64,000 nucleotides of DNA from Candidatus Kapaibacterium sp. (GCA_025455065.1 JALONG010000002.1:422-64421); one strand, 5' to 3'. Counted from the first letter of the stretch, positions 37,508 through 48,102 are shown. Program-made: numbers and translations. The notes: generated by a model not told the origin, from the letters alone.

Positions 37508-40078
37508 ATGACGACCAAACCTATTCAAAAATATCTTTTTATCGAAGATCACGTTCTTCACAAACTCCGACATTATCTGCCTTCGCAAGCGCCGTTGAAG
37601 GATTTTATTCATCACAATACGCTCCATGCTTTTCAACACCATTCTTTTCACAAGGCTTTACGCTTAGCTTCAGAGGTGTTCGGTTACAAGGTCTATTTGC
37701 CGCTCAAGGACTTCCGCGCACGGTTTCATTCTGGGCAGATTCGGGAAGATGTCCTGGAAGCTGTATTGCTGAAAGCCAAAGGCGCATTGTCACTGCCATT
37801 ATGGAAAATGCGTCTCTTGGAAAAAAACTACGACGCTACACTAAACGCCCGTATTGGTGAAGTACGCAAGCATTGGAAAGATTACGGTATTCATCTTGAC
37901 AAACTCGTGCATCCGCTTCTTTTCCGTATTCTGAGCGGGTATCTTGACCAAGGCATTGCGCTTTGGCGGATGCCTGTTCCGGCAAAAGGATTGCTGAAAG
38001 CACTCCGCGAAATGGAGCGGTTAAGCAGTTTTGGCGGTATTTTTACTACGCACCGCGCAAAGCGTCTTTTGCAAGATGAACACTGTTCTATGAAAAAATT
38101 GCTGCATATCGTCGTTGGTGATGAGGCACTGTTTGAACAGTATGTGTTTGACCAGCAATTTTCGCATCCGGGCTGGTCGGGCATGGTGGCGTTTTTGGAA
38201 GAGCATCCGCACGCACTTTTGGACGAGAAGCATATTGCGCTGCACGACCTCATTATGCTCGAATTGCTGCTCGAAATTGAAATGCTCGACCGTGCTTTCG
38301 GCGAGATTTGGTCGCCCCTCGGGTTGAAGTTAGAAGAGCATCCCACTCCACTGTTTCACGAAACAGAGTCCTCCGAACTTGAGCAAGTATGCGCTCTTTG
38401 GCAGGAAGCGTTTGAGTGGAGTTATTACGACCAAGTGCTGGCGGGGATTCAAGGCGCGAAAACAATGGCGTTCGCGGGAAATATTCCCAATGAGTCTGCA
38501 CAAAAGCCAGCAACGCTCAGTTTCCAAGCGATGTTCTGTATTGACGACCGCGAATGTTCCTTGCGGCGATATGTGGAGACGATTGAGCCGGAAAGCCGTA
38601 CCTACGGCACTCCGGGCTTCTTTAATGTGGAGTTTTATTTTCAGCCCGAGCACGGCAAATTTTACACAAAATCCTGTCCCGCACCGCTTTCGCCGAACTA
38701 TCTCATCAAAGAGATTGATACAACGCGCAAACACCAACGCGACGCGCATTTCACCAAACATACACACTCGCTTTTTCGTGGTTGGTTTATCACGCAAACG
38801 CTGGGTTTGTGGTCGGCGCTAAAACTTGCGGAAAGCGTTTTTAAGCCTACACTGAATCCCGCATCAACACACTCGTTTCGGCATACCGACAAACGCGCTA
38901 CACTCACTATTGAGCGCACGGACGATACGGCAGACGAAAACGGTTTGCACATTGGGTTTACCGTTGCCGAAATGGCAGATAGAATCGAGGGTTTGCTCAA
39001 AAGTACGGGGCTGACGCATGATTTTGCGACGCTTGTCTATCTCATCGGACACGGGGCGAGCAGCTCCAATAACACGCACTATGCAGGTTACGACTGCGGT
39101 GCGTGTTCCGGTCGCCCCGGGTCAGTGAATGCGCGTGTGGCGGCGTTTATGGCGAATCACACCTCTGTTCGTGCGGTATTGCAAGAGCGCGGTATTGTTA
39201 TCCCTGACACCACGCGCTTTCTGGGGGCATTACACGATACAACACGCGATGAAATCGAATTTTTCGATGACGCAAACCTTACCGAAAGCCAACAACAGCG
39301 CCACAAGCACAACACTCAGGTTTTTGCTCAAGCCCTCGACCTCAACGCAAAAGAGCGTTCGCGGCGTTTTGTGCTGACGAACTCCGCACAATCACCGGAG
39401 CGGATTCACAACGAGATGAAACTTCGCTCGGTATCGCTGTTTGAGCCGCGCCCCGAACTCAATCATGCTACGAACACACTTTGCATCGTGGGGCGGCGTG
39501 AAATGACGGAGCATCTTTTTTTAGACCGCAGAGCGTTTATGAACTCCTACGATTGTACCTTAGACCCTGATGGAATCTACCTTTTTAACATCTTGAAGGC
39601 AGCTGCGCCTGTCTGCGGCGGCATCAATTTGGAGTATTATTTTTCTCGCGTGGATAACTACCGTCTGGGCGCGGGAACAAAACTACCGCACAATGTGATT
39701 GGCTTAATTGGTGTTGCCAACGGTATAGATGGGGACTTACGTCCGGGCTTGCCAAGTCAGATGATTGAAATACACGACCCGACGCGGCTTTTGATGATTG
39801 TACAGCATTATCCCGACGTGGTTTTGCGCACAATTCAGAAAACGCCTGAACTGTACGAATGGTTCGCTCACGAGTGGATTCATTTGGTTGCGGTGCATCC
39901 TGAAACGGGGGAGTTGCTGCGTCTTGAAAAAGGGAAGTTTATACCCTACAAGCCGCTTCAAAAAACTCTTCCAATGACTGATAACCCCATGACACTGCTT
40001 GAATCGCACAAGGAAAATCTGCCCGTGATGGTTCTGACAAACAAACAGGAACCTCCAGTAATCGAAGAGGAGGCGTGA
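37508..40078 (+). CDS. dabA: DabA-type DUF2309 (YbcC) protein, the putative catalytic subunit of a DAB inorganic-carbon accumulation complex.
   Basis: 856 aa, soluble. Beta-carbonic-anhydrase-like CxDxR motif (FCIDDRE) and an H-x15-C pair (GHGASSSNNTHYAGYDC) spaced as the reported Zn ligands of DabA. The stop overlaps/abuts the next gene. Confidence 0.75.
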   Translation: MTTKPIQKYLFIEDHVLHKLRHYLPSQAPLKDFIHHNTLHAFQHHSFHKALRLASEVFGYKVYLPLKDFRARFHSGQIREDVLEAVLLKAKGALSLPLWKMRLLEKNYDATLNARIGEVRKHWKDYGIHLDKLVHPLLFRILSGYLDQGIALWRMPVPAKGLLKALREMERLSSFGGIFTTHRAKRLLQDEHCSMKKLLHIVVGDEALFEQYVFDQQFSHPGWSGMVAFLEEHPHALLDEKHIALHDLIMLELLLEIEMLDRAFGEIWSPLGLKLEEHPTPLFHETESSELEQVCALWQEAFEWSYYDQVLAGIQGAKTMAFAGNIPNESAQKPATLSFQAMFCIDDRECSLRRYVETIEPESRTYGTPGFFNVEFYFQPEHGKFYTKSCPAPLSPNYLIKEIDTTRKHQRDAHFTKHTHSLFRGWFITQTLGLWSALKLAESVFKPTLNPASTHSFRHTDKRATLTIERTDDTADENGLHIGFTVAEMADRIEGLLKSTGLTHDFATLVYLIGHGASSSNNTHYAGYDCGACSGRPGSVNARVAAFMANHTSVRAVLQERGIVIPDTTRFLGALHDTTRDEIEFFDDANLTESQQQRHKHNTQVFAQALDLNAKERSRRFVLTNSAQSPERIHNEMKLRSVSLFEPRPELNHATNTLCIVGRREMTEHLFLDRRAFMNSYDCTLDPDGIYLFNILKAAAPVCGGINLEYYFSRVDNYRLGAGTKLPHNVIGLIGVANGIDGDLRPGLPSQMIEIHDPTRLLMIVQHYPDVVLRTIQKTPELYEWFAHEWIHLVAVHPETGELLRLEKGKFIPYKPLQKTLPMTDNPMTLLESHKENLPVMVLTNKQEPPVIEEEA

Positions 40079-40079
40079 T

Positions 40080-41951
40080 ATGGATTGGATTATCAATAGT
40101 TTTTTATTCGTTCCCTTTGCCGGATTTGTCATCAGTTTGCTCATTCCTCAGACACAGGAAAAAATCTTGTCTCGTGTGGCTTTTCTCACATCGGGTACGA
40201 ATTTGCTGGGCTTTCTTGTCTTTGGCGTTCTGTGGCTTTGGAATGGCGTGCCGGTGCTGAATGTGAAGGATATTGTGCTGTATCGTACCGACGGTTATGA
40301 GTTTTTGGTGGATGTGTATTGCGATGCTGTAACGGCAGTGTATATGCTGGTTGGCTCGTTTTTGGCGCTCATTATTACGATGTACAGCCGGACGTATTTG
40401 CACAGAGAACAAGGTTACAAGCGCTTTTTCAACACAATTCTGCTGTTCTATTTCGGCTATACACTCACGATTTTTTCCGGCAATTTCGAGACCTTGTTCA
40501 TTGGTTGGGAAATACTGGGCTTATCGTCATTTTTGCTGATTGCGTTTTACCGCGACCGCTATTTGCCTGCGCGGAATGCAGTGAAAGTGTTTTCGGTCTA
40601 TCGTATTGGTGATGTGGGCATATTGTTGGCGATGTGGGCTTCGCATCATCTTTGGCATGAAAACATTACGTTTTTGAAGTTGAATAATTACGTGCTTGTC
40701 CACGAGCATTTGCAAAGCCACAGCGCTGTTGGGGCGTTTATTTCGTTGATGATTGTAGTAGCGGCTGCAGCAAAATCGGCGCAATTACCGTTTTCATCAT
40801 GGCTGCCCCGCGCAATGGAAGGTCCTACGCCGTCCTCAGCGATTTTTTACGGCTCGCTCTCGGTGCATATCGGCGTGTTTTTGCTGCTTCGCACGTACCC
40901 GTTTTGGGAATACCAATCTTCCGTGCGAGTGTTAATAGGTCTTCTGGGGCTTTCGACGGCGGTTGTCGCTTCGATGATAGCGCGAGTGCAATCGTCGGTG
41001 AAAAGCCAAATCGGGTATGCTTCGATTGCGCAAATTGGTATCATTTTTATCGAAATAGCGCTTGGATTCAAGGTTTTAGCACTTGTGCATTTTGCGTCGA
41101 ATGCGTTTTTGCGGACGTATCAACTCTTGGTTTCGCCGTCGGTGGTGAGCTATCTCATTCGTGAGCAGTTTTACCATTTCGTGCCGCATGAACACACGGT
41201 GGAAGACCGCTTGCCAAGGCGCTTGGAATATGGTTTTTATATGCTTTCGCTCAAAGAATGGAACTTGGATACAATGATGAGCCAGAGGCTTTTTGGCACG
41301 TTCAAGCGAGTAGGGCATACGCTGGATTTTCTCACCATGAAAAATGTGCTGCTTTGGGCGCTACCGCTCTACCTGATAGCATTGGTGCTGCTTTTTCGGC
41401 AGCCCGTTCTTCCACCGTACATTATTCCGTATCTGCCTGTTGTCTTTTCGATGATTGGTCTCAGCATGATTTTGAAGGCTTTTTCGGAGAAGGCTTCACC
41501 GCTTCTTTGCTGGCTTTTGATAATCATGTATCATTCGTGGATAGCGTTGGCGGTGGCATTTAACGAGCAGTTCGGCGCACGTGATGTGGTGATGTATTTG
41601 AGCGGTATCGCGATTATGGGTACTGTCGGCTACATAGGGCTTCGGCGCTTGCAGAAAGAGGAGAGAGAGCATTTTGCACTTGACCGATATTTCGGACACA
41701 GTTACGAGCATCCGCGCTTTGCAATGGTAGTATTGCTGGCGTGTTTGGGCGTGATGGGCTTTCCTATAACTCCAACCTTCATCGGCGAAGACTTGGTTTT
41801 TAGCCACATCCGTGAAGAGCAGTTTTTGCTGGCGTTTTTTAATGCGGTAGGTTTTGTGGTCGGCGGGATTGCGGTTATTCGTCTGTATGCCCGATTGTTC
41901 CTTGGTGCGCACGTGAAAACGTATCACGAAGTGCCGTATAAATCGGCGTGA
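40080..41951 (+). CDS. dabB: DabB-type membrane subunit (NuoL/MnhA-like proton-pumping antiporter fold, PF00361).
   Basis: 623-aa polytopic membrane protein with complex I subunit L-like motifs (LFIGWEILGLSSFLLIAFY, SWLPRAMEGPTPSSAIFYGSL), immediately downstream of dabA. Confidence 0.75.
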   Translation: MDWIINSFLFVPFAGFVISLLIPQTQEKILSRVAFLTSGTNLLGFLVFGVLWLWNGVPVLNVKDIVLYRTDGYEFLVDVYCDAVTAVYMLVGSFLALIITMYSRTYLHREQGYKRFFNTILLFYFGYTLTIFSGNFETLFIGWEILGLSSFLLIAFYRDRYLPARNAVKVFSVYRIGDVGILLAMWASHHLWHENITFLKLNNYVLVHEHLQSHSAVGAFISLMIVVAAAAKSAQLPFSSWLPRAMEGPTPSSAIFYGSLSVHIGVFLLLRTYPFWEYQSSVRVLIGLLGLSTAVVASMIARVQSSVKSQIGYASIAQIGIIFIEIALGFKVLALVHFASNAFLRTYQLLVSPSVVSYLIREQFYHFVPHEHTVEDRLPRRLEYGFYMLSLKEWNLDTMMSQRLFGTFKRVGHTLDFLTMKNVLLWALPLYLIALVLLFRQPVLPPYIIPYLPVVFSMIGLSMILKAFSEKASPLLCWLLIIMYHSWIALAVAFNEQFGARDVVMYLSGIAIMGTVGYIGLRRLQKEEREHFALDRYFGHSYEHPRFAMVVLLACLGVMGFPITPTFIGEDLVFSHIREEQFLLAFFNAVGFVVGGIAVIRLYARLFLGAHVKTYHEVPYKSA

Positions 41952-42010
41952 GGCATTATCATTGTTCCCCAATTTTTTACCAACGAATCTCAAACTTTTT
42001 TCAAAAAACT

Positions 42011-43666
42011 ATGAATACAACATCAAATAACGCCTCACAAACCGCACCGTTATCAGGTTTACGCGGACTTGCTCAATCGTGGCAGTCGGATATGCTTGCC
42101 GGCTTTTTAGTCTTTCTTATTGCGCTTCCCTTGTGCCTTGGAATATCAATGGCAAGCGGTTTTCCGCCTGTTGCGGGGATTTTTACGGCAATTATCGGCG
42201 GCATTGTCGTAAGTTTTTTCGGTGGTTCCAATTTAACAATTAAAGGACCGGCTGCAGGCTTGATTGTTATTGCGCTCGGCGCTGTGGAAGAACTCGGCAA
42301 AGGCGACCCGCTTGTGGGCTACAAACTAGCTTTGGCGGCGATTGTTGCGGCAGGTGTGCTGCAAATTCTTTTTGGCGTACTGAAATCGGGCGTGCTGGGA
42401 GATTTTTTTCCGTCGGCGGCTGTTCATGGAATGCTTGCGGCGATAGGAATTATTATCGCTTCCAAGCAAATTCACACTTTAGTCGGTGTGAAGCCCATAG
42501 GGAAAGAGCCGTTGCACCTTCTCGCCGAAATCCCACACAGTTTTTCGGTGATGAATCCCGAAATAGCCATTATCGGGGCGGTGAGCCTTCTGATTCTTTT
42601 CGGAATGCCGCTTATCAACAACAAGTACGTGAAGATGATTCCTGCGCCGCTTGTCGTGATTTTGGTAGCGATTCCACTCGGATTTTATTTCGATTTGGCG
42701 CATGAACACAAGTATTTGTTCTTGCCGCAGCACGAATACACGATCGGTCCGAAGTTCCTTGTAACGCTGCCGGAAAGCCTCTTTGCGGCAATTACATTTC
42801 CCGATTTTTCGCAAGTTTTTTCACCTGTTTCCATCAAGTACATCATCATGTTTGCGTTGGTGGGAAGTTTGGAATCACTGTTGAGTTCTAAGGCGATTGA
42901 CACGCTCGACCCGTATCACCGGAAATCGAATTTGAACCGTGATTTGCTGGGTGTAGGCGTTGGAAACACGCTTGCAGGTTTGATTGGTGGGCTACCGATG
43001 ATTTCCGAGATTGTGCGCTCGTCGGCGAATATCAATAACGGCGGAAAAACGTGGTGGTCTAATGTGTTTCACGGAGCATTTTTACTGGTGTTTGTGGCAC
43101 TCTTTCCCGGATTAATTCATCAAATTCCCTTGTCGGCATTAGCCGCAATGCTGATTGCAACAGGTTTCCGTTTGGCTGCACCGAAAGAATTTTACAAGAC
43201 CTTCAAAATCGGCGTAGAGCAGTTGGTGATTTTTTTGATAACGATTGCCGTAACGTTGGCAAGCGATTTGCTGATTGGCATTGCGATGGGGATTTTGACG
43301 AAATTTATCATCCACTTTGCCAATGGACTGCCACCGAAGTCAGCATTTAAGCCACTTTTTAGCGTGAATACGCCGTGTGACGACGAGTTTGTCGTGGATG
43401 TATTCCATTCTGCGGTGTTCTCGAATTACATCAAACTCAAAAAGTCGCTTGACAGCTTGCCTCGTGGGAAGAACATCACGATTGATTTCTCGAATACGGC
43501 GCTTGTGGATCATACCGTGATGGAGAATCTGTACCATTATCAGCATGATTATCGGCAGAATGGCGGTGAATTCACGATTCGCGGGTTGGAAAATCATCAA
43601 CCACTTTCCAATCACCCGCTTGCGTCGCGGAAGGCAGTTGTGTACTCGAAGCCGACATTGGTGTAA
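42011..43666 (+). CDS. SulP-family anion transporter with a C-terminal STAS domain (BicA-like bicarbonate/sulfate permease).
   Basis: About 11 TM helices with SulP signature regions, and a C-terminal STAS-like segment (ITIDFSNTALVDHTVMENL). ORF track start at 41948. Confidence 0.8.
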   Translation: MNTTSNNASQTAPLSGLRGLAQSWQSDMLAGFLVFLIALPLCLGISMASGFPPVAGIFTAIIGGIVVSFFGGSNLTIKGPAAGLIVIALGAVEELGKGDPLVGYKLALAAIVAAGVLQILFGVLKSGVLGDFFPSAAVHGMLAAIGIIIASKQIHTLVGVKPIGKEPLHLLAEIPHSFSVMNPEIAIIGAVSLLILFGMPLINNKYVKMIPAPLVVILVAIPLGFYFDLAHEHKYLFLPQHEYTIGPKFLVTLPESLFAAITFPDFSQVFSPVSIKYIIMFALVGSLESLLSSKAIDTLDPYHRKSNLNRDLLGVGVGNTLAGLIGGLPMISEIVRSSANINNGGKTWWSNVFHGAFLLVFVALFPGLIHQIPLSALAAMLIATGFRLAAPKEFYKTFKIGVEQLVIFLITIAVTLASDLLIGIAMGILTKFIIHFANGLPPKSAFKPLFSVNTPCDDEFVVDVFHSAVFSNYIKLKKSLDSLPRGKNITIDFSNTALVDHTVMENLYHYQHDYRQNGGEFTIRGLENHQPLSNHPLASRKAVVYSKPTLV

Positions 43667-43759
43667 TCTACTCATCGGCAAACGTCGTTAAATCCAACCA
43701 TCAGTTAAGAGTGCAGAAGTAGGCTCATGGTGGTCGGATGTTTATTGACGCAAATGCGC

Positions 43760-44758
43760 CTATTCACGCGGCTTCCAGCCGTATGTGCAATACTCGCGGT
43801 CAAATGTGCCGTCGTTATACAAATTCACCATTGCGTATCCCGGTTCGCACTCTTGCCACGCACCTTTCCACCACGCGCCACTTACTGCGCCGTTGCAAAA
43901 GTACGTTACACCCGTGTAATCAAGCCTGTCCACCAAATGCGTATGTCCCGAAAGGCAGACTTTTACATTAGGATACTTGCGGAAAAGCTGCTGAATTTGT
44001 AAACCGTCGGAGTGCATGAGGTTGCGCTGAATCGTCCAATCGCTGTTCTGGTCTGGTTTGCGGAGGAAAAATGCCGATGTCATGCTTAAAATTGGAATAT
44101 GCGAAAGAACGAGAATGGGCGTTGTCGGCTTGATGGTTGCTAATTCACCGCGAAGCCATTCGTATTGTTCGCTATCCAATCGTGCCTCGTACCCCGCATT
44201 GCCGCGAGATTGTGTACTGTCCAGTACGATAAAATGCCAACCGGCTTGTGCAAAAGAGTAATACCTGTGCGGTAATCCAAGCACTTCCACAGCCCATTTT
44301 TTGCCGTAACGCTGCTCATTTCCCTTTGCGCCGCTTTTGTCCTGAAGCCATCCCCAAACATCGTGATTGCCGATGCAGTGCTTAATAGGTGTTTTGTTTT
44401 CGCGTTTCAGTGTCTCAAAAAACATATCCCATTGGAGTTGTGTTCTCGCCTCGTTCTGCTCCAAAGCATCCATAATCGAATCACCGCCATTGAGCAACAA
44501 GTCGGGTTTATCCGTTTGTGCGTGAATGTGTCGGAGGCAAGCCGTCATGCCCTCTGCCGCGCCGCGTTCCGGCTGCACGTGAACGTCGGTGAAATGGGCA
44601 ATTCGCAACACCCGCTTGCGGTCGGGGTTTGAGGGAATTGTGGTCTGTTCTGATGTTTCGGTATTGGTCAGGAACTGCTCTGCGCTGAGGAAAGAAGCAG
44701 ATGCCAGAGCAGTTTGTTGTAGGAAATTACGACGGGAAGCGTTAGATGAAGTGTGCAT
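43760..44758 (-). CDS. Tat-exported calcineurin-like metallophosphoesterase.
   Basis: Twin-arginine signal (RRNFLQQTALASASFLSA) and phosphoesterase motifs (HFTDVH, GGDSIMD, GNHD, GHTH). Confidence 0.8.
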   Translation of the reverse strand: MHTSSNASRRNFLQQTALASASFLSAEQFLTNTETSEQTTIPSNPDRKRVLRIAHFTDVHVQPERGAAEGMTACLRHIHAQTDKPDLLLNGGDSIMDALEQNEARTQLQWDMFFETLKRENKTPIKHCIGNHDVWGWLQDKSGAKGNEQRYGKKWAVEVLGLPHRYYSFAQAGWHFIVLDSTQSRGNAGYEARLDSEQYEWLRGELATIKPTTPILVLSHIPILSMTSAFFLRKPDQNSDWTIQRNLMHSDGLQIQQLFRKYPNVKVCLSGHTHLVDRLDYTGVTYFCNGAVSGAWWKGAWQECEPGYAMVNLYNDGTFDREYCTYGWKPRE

Positions 44759-44867
44759 TGGTCAAGTCTGACGGTAACAATGAGCGGAAGATTGATTGCT
44801 ATAAAATACAGGTTTTTTCGGTATTTTGTTTGAGCAGTAAAAAAAATTTCACAAAAATCTTTATTGC

Positions 44868-45467
44868 ATGATGAAAAGTATCACTATGAGAAGTATCGCT
44901 GTTTATTGCGGCTCCTCGTTTGGGGCGGAAGAACTCTACAAACAACACGCTTTTGCGCTTGGAAAAACTCTTGCCGAGCGGGGGATAACGGTGGTGTACG
45001 GCGGAGCAAACGTAGGGCTTATGGGGGAAGTCGCCGAAGGCGCATTACAAGAGGGTGGGAAGGTTATTGGCGTATTGCCGCGCTTTTTGCAGCGCAAAGA
45101 ACTGGCGCATGAAGGCTTGTCTGAACTGCATTTGGTTGAAACCATGCACGAGCGGAAGCTCAAAATGAATGATTTGTGTGATGGCGTTATTGCGCTTCCG
45201 GGGGGCTTTGGGACGATGGAAGAACTCTTTGAAATGCTAACGTGGGGGCAACTTGGTTTACACGCAAAGCCTGTTGCGCTCTTGAATACAGGCGGGTTTT
45301 ACGACGGTCTCTTGGCATTTCTGGACACGATGAGTAATCACGGGTTTTTGAAGCGTGACAATAGGGAAATGCTCTTGGTGGGCGCTTCGGCGGAGGAAGT
45401 GTTAGAGAAGATGAACAGCTATTCACCGCCCAAAGTCCCAAAATGGATTTCTCGTCAGACGGCATAA
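44868..45467 (+). CDS. LOG-family cytokinin riboside 5'-monophosphate phosphoribohydrolase-like protein.
   Basis: 199 aa with IAVYCGSSFG, the PGGFGTMEELFE (GGxGTxxE) motif and a conserved C-terminal region. Confidence 0.8.
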   Translation: MMKSITMRSIAVYCGSSFGAEELYKQHAFALGKTLAERGITVVYGGANVGLMGEVAEGALQEGGKVIGVLPRFLQRKELAHEGLSELHLVETMHERKLKMNDLCDGVIALPGGFGTMEELFEMLTWGQLGLHAKPVALLNTGGFYDGLLAFLDTMSNHGFLKRDNREMLLVGASAEEVLEKMNSYSPPKVPKWISRQTA

Positions 45468-45671
45468 AATCGTGCTATCTCGCCTGTCGTTGTTCAAGAA
45501 CGGGAGTCGTTTTTGCGGGAAATTTCCAACTATTTGCAAAATTTTTCCAATTTGTCCTAAGAACTTGCATATTTCGTCAATTTTTGCGTAAATTCCAATG
45601 CTTCGGTGTTGTATGAGTTACTGCGACTATTCGCTTATTGTTTTTTTTATTCCGCAACAACAATTTTTTCC

Positions 45672-45693
45672 CACAATCGTCTAGGCGATTGTG
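45672..45693. promoter_or_regulatory. Perfect 8-bp-arm palindrome CACAATCG-TCTAGG-CGATTGTG about 120 bp upstream of fadD. Candidate operator for a dimeric repressor (FadR/TetR type).
   Basis: Seen directly in the sequence. The location in the fadD 5' region and the symmetric architecture are typical of repressor operators. Confidence 0.4.
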
Positions 45694-45815
45694 CAATAAT
45701 TTTGGTTAAATAAACCTTCATTAATCAACAGTTTGTGTGAGTGTTTTGTCGGAGATTCGTGTGTGTAATTTCCCGCAAACAGTCCATTTTGTTCACCCTC
45801 AAATTTTTTACAGCT

Positions 45816-47507
45816 ATGGTGCAAGAAGTAGAAAAACTCTGGCTAAAATCCTACCCGAAAGGTGTTCCCGAAACCATAAATCCCGACCATTTCGGTTCGC
45901 TTTTGGAATTTATGGATGATTGCTTAAAGCAATATGGCGATAAACCGGGATATGAAAATTTGGGTGTGATTATGACGTACAACGAGGTAGATAAGCAGGC
46001 AAGAAATTTCGCCGCGTTTTTGCAGAGCAAAGGCTTGAAAAAAGGCGACCGTATTGCTGTTCAGATGCCGAATATGATTCAATACGCCATTACCGTCATG
46101 GGCGCTCTCAGAGCGGGTTTGACGGTGGTCAATACGAATCCGCTTTATACACCTCAGGAAATGCGTCATCAGTTCAATGATTCCGGTGCAACGGCGCTGG
46201 TGATTGTGGCGAATTTTGCGGCAAGTTTGCAAACGATTCTGGCAGAAACGAAACTCAAAACCGTGATTATTACGGAAATTGCAGACGTAGTGCCGGGTAT
46301 CAAAGGTTGGGTCATGAATATGGCGATTAAGTATGTCAAAAAAATGGTGCCGCCATTCGATATTCCCAATGCTATCAAGTTCAACGATGCTCTTGCAGAG
46401 GGCGCAAAACTCAAATATACCAAACCCGACCTCCAAAACAGCGACCTCGCATTTTTGCAGTACACCGGCGGTACGACGGGCGTTTCCAAAGGTGCAATGC
46501 TGACGCACCGCAATATCCTCGCGAATATGGAAATGCTTGTAGCGTGGACGTTCTTCAAATTGGACAAACCGGGCGAAGAAATTATCATTACTGCGCTTCC
46601 ACTCTATCACATCTTTGCTTTGACGTTTAACTTTTTCGGTCCAATGCGCTACGGAGCGAAGAATGTGCTTATCACCAATCCCCGCGATATGGACGGCTTT
46701 GTGGCGGAATTGAAGCGTCATAAATTTTCCGTCATAAGCGGTGTAAACACGCTCTTCAACGGTTTGCTCAATCATCCTGAATTTGCAAATTGCGATTTTT
46801 CGCATCTCAAAATTTCGCTTGGTGGCGGTATGGCTGTGCAAGATGCTGTTGCGGAAAAATGGGAAAAAGTTACGGGCTGTGTGTTGAATGAGGCATACGG
46901 GTTAACCGAAACGTCACCCGGATTGACGGTTAATCCGATGGACGGTACGCACCGCAGAGGCTACATCGGCTTGCCGATTCCCAGCACGGAAATTGGTATT
47001 TTTAACGACGATAACCAAATGGTGCCGCTTGGAGAACGCGGTGAAATCTGGGCGCGTGGACCGCAGATTATGCTTGGTTATTGGCAGCGTCCTGACGAAA
47101 CAGCAAATGTTATGCACGATAACTGGTTCAAAACCGGCGACATCGGCGTTATGGATGAGAGCGGTTTTATCAAGATCGTGGATAGAAAAAAAGAAATGAT
47201 TCTCGTTTCGGGCTTTAATGTTTATCCGAATGAAGTGGAAAATGCGATTGCTCTTCATCCGAAAGTGCTGGAAGTAGGCGTTATCGGTGTTCCCGACGAC
47301 AAATCGCATGAAGCAGTGAAAGCCTTTATTGTGAAAAAAGACCCGAGTTTGACGGCGGATGAAATCAAAGAATTCTGTAAACAACATTTAACGGGCTACA
47401 AAGTTCCGAAACACGTAGAATTCCGTACCGAGTTACCCAAAACAAACGTTGGAAAGATTTTACGCCGCGTGTTAAAAGATACTGACACAACGATTAAAAA
47501 ATCGTAA
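45816..47507 (+). CDS. fadD: Long-chain-fatty-acid--CoA ligase (AMP-binding FadD family). ORF track start at 45741.
   Basis: AMP-binding motif YTGGTTGVSKGAMLTHRNI, the GYGLTE motif, and C-terminal GDIGVMDESGFIKIVDRKKE...PKTNVGKILRR. Confidence 0.85.
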   Translation: MVQEVEKLWLKSYPKGVPETINPDHFGSLLEFMDDCLKQYGDKPGYENLGVIMTYNEVDKQARNFAAFLQSKGLKKGDRIAVQMPNMIQYAITVMGALRAGLTVVNTNPLYTPQEMRHQFNDSGATALVIVANFAASLQTILAETKLKTVIITEIADVVPGIKGWVMNMAIKYVKKMVPPFDIPNAIKFNDALAEGAKLKYTKPDLQNSDLAFLQYTGGTTGVSKGAMLTHRNILANMEMLVAWTFFKLDKPGEEIIITALPLYHIFALTFNFFGPMRYGAKNVLITNPRDMDGFVAELKRHKFSVISGVNTLFNGLLNHPEFANCDFSHLKISLGGGMAVQDAVAEKWEKVTGCVLNEAYGLTETSPGLTVNPMDGTHRRGYIGLPIPSTEIGIFNDDNQMVPLGERGEIWARGPQIMLGYWQRPDETANVMHDNWFKTGDIGVMDESGFIKIVDRKKEMILVSGFNVYPNEVENAIALHPKVLEVGVIGVPDDKSHEAVKAFIVKKDPSLTADEIKEFCKQHLTGYKVPKHVEFRTELPKTNVGKILRRVLKDTDTTIKKS

Positions 47508-47552
47508 CAGCACGTATCGTTTTAATCCAAGCATATTGCACGTCTTACAGGC

Positions 47553-47595
47553 AAAAGCCGCATTCAACAAAGGTTGGATGCGGCTTTTGCGTTTG
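47553..47595 (+). terminator. Rho-independent terminator downstream of fadD.
   Basis: AAAAGCCGCATTCAAC-aaag-GTTGGATGCGGCTTTTGCGTTTG: GC-rich stem of about 12 bp followed by a T-rich tract, 46 bp after the fadD stop. Confidence 0.6.
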
Positions 47596-48102
47596 CCCGA
47601 TTGGTGAAGCAACGCGGATGCAAGGCGTAAGTGTGAAAGTTTTGCCATCGTACCTTGCGTCGTCCTTGAAAAACCTCAAAGAGCAAGGAGATACCAGTGT
47701 TGTTGATATTCCAAAATGCTGAGTCAAAATTCCCGGAAAAGCGTAGATTTACCTATTCTTATGAGGGTTTTGCTCTTGAATCTCAAACAATTGCACCATC
47801 TTTCTGATGAATAAACGATAGCCGAGTAGCGAGAAAACGCCTCTTGGCAATACTTTTCGGGCGAGAATAATTTTTTCGGGCGAGAAAACCTTCCAGTGGC
47901 ACATTTCCTGCGACCAGTTGGAGATGAGTTGGTTACGTCAGCGCTTTAGCGACATCGGTATCGAACGAATCTTTTAGTCCAGCATCATGATTCATGGCGC
48001 GGCGGCAAAGGAAATTGAAATAATAACTGATAAAACGGTTCAAGAAAAGAATATCACCTTTTTGATTGATAGCATATTGGTAATCAAATTCGTTGAAGCA
48101 AC

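Noticed and set aside
47856-47890. Direct repeat TTTCGGGCGAGAA x2 in the fadD-GT2 intergenic region, and the small minus ORF 47933..48193.
   Set aside because: There are only two copies and no obvious symmetry or positional logic. The 86-aa ORF has no recognisable features. Too weak to call as a regulatory site or gene.
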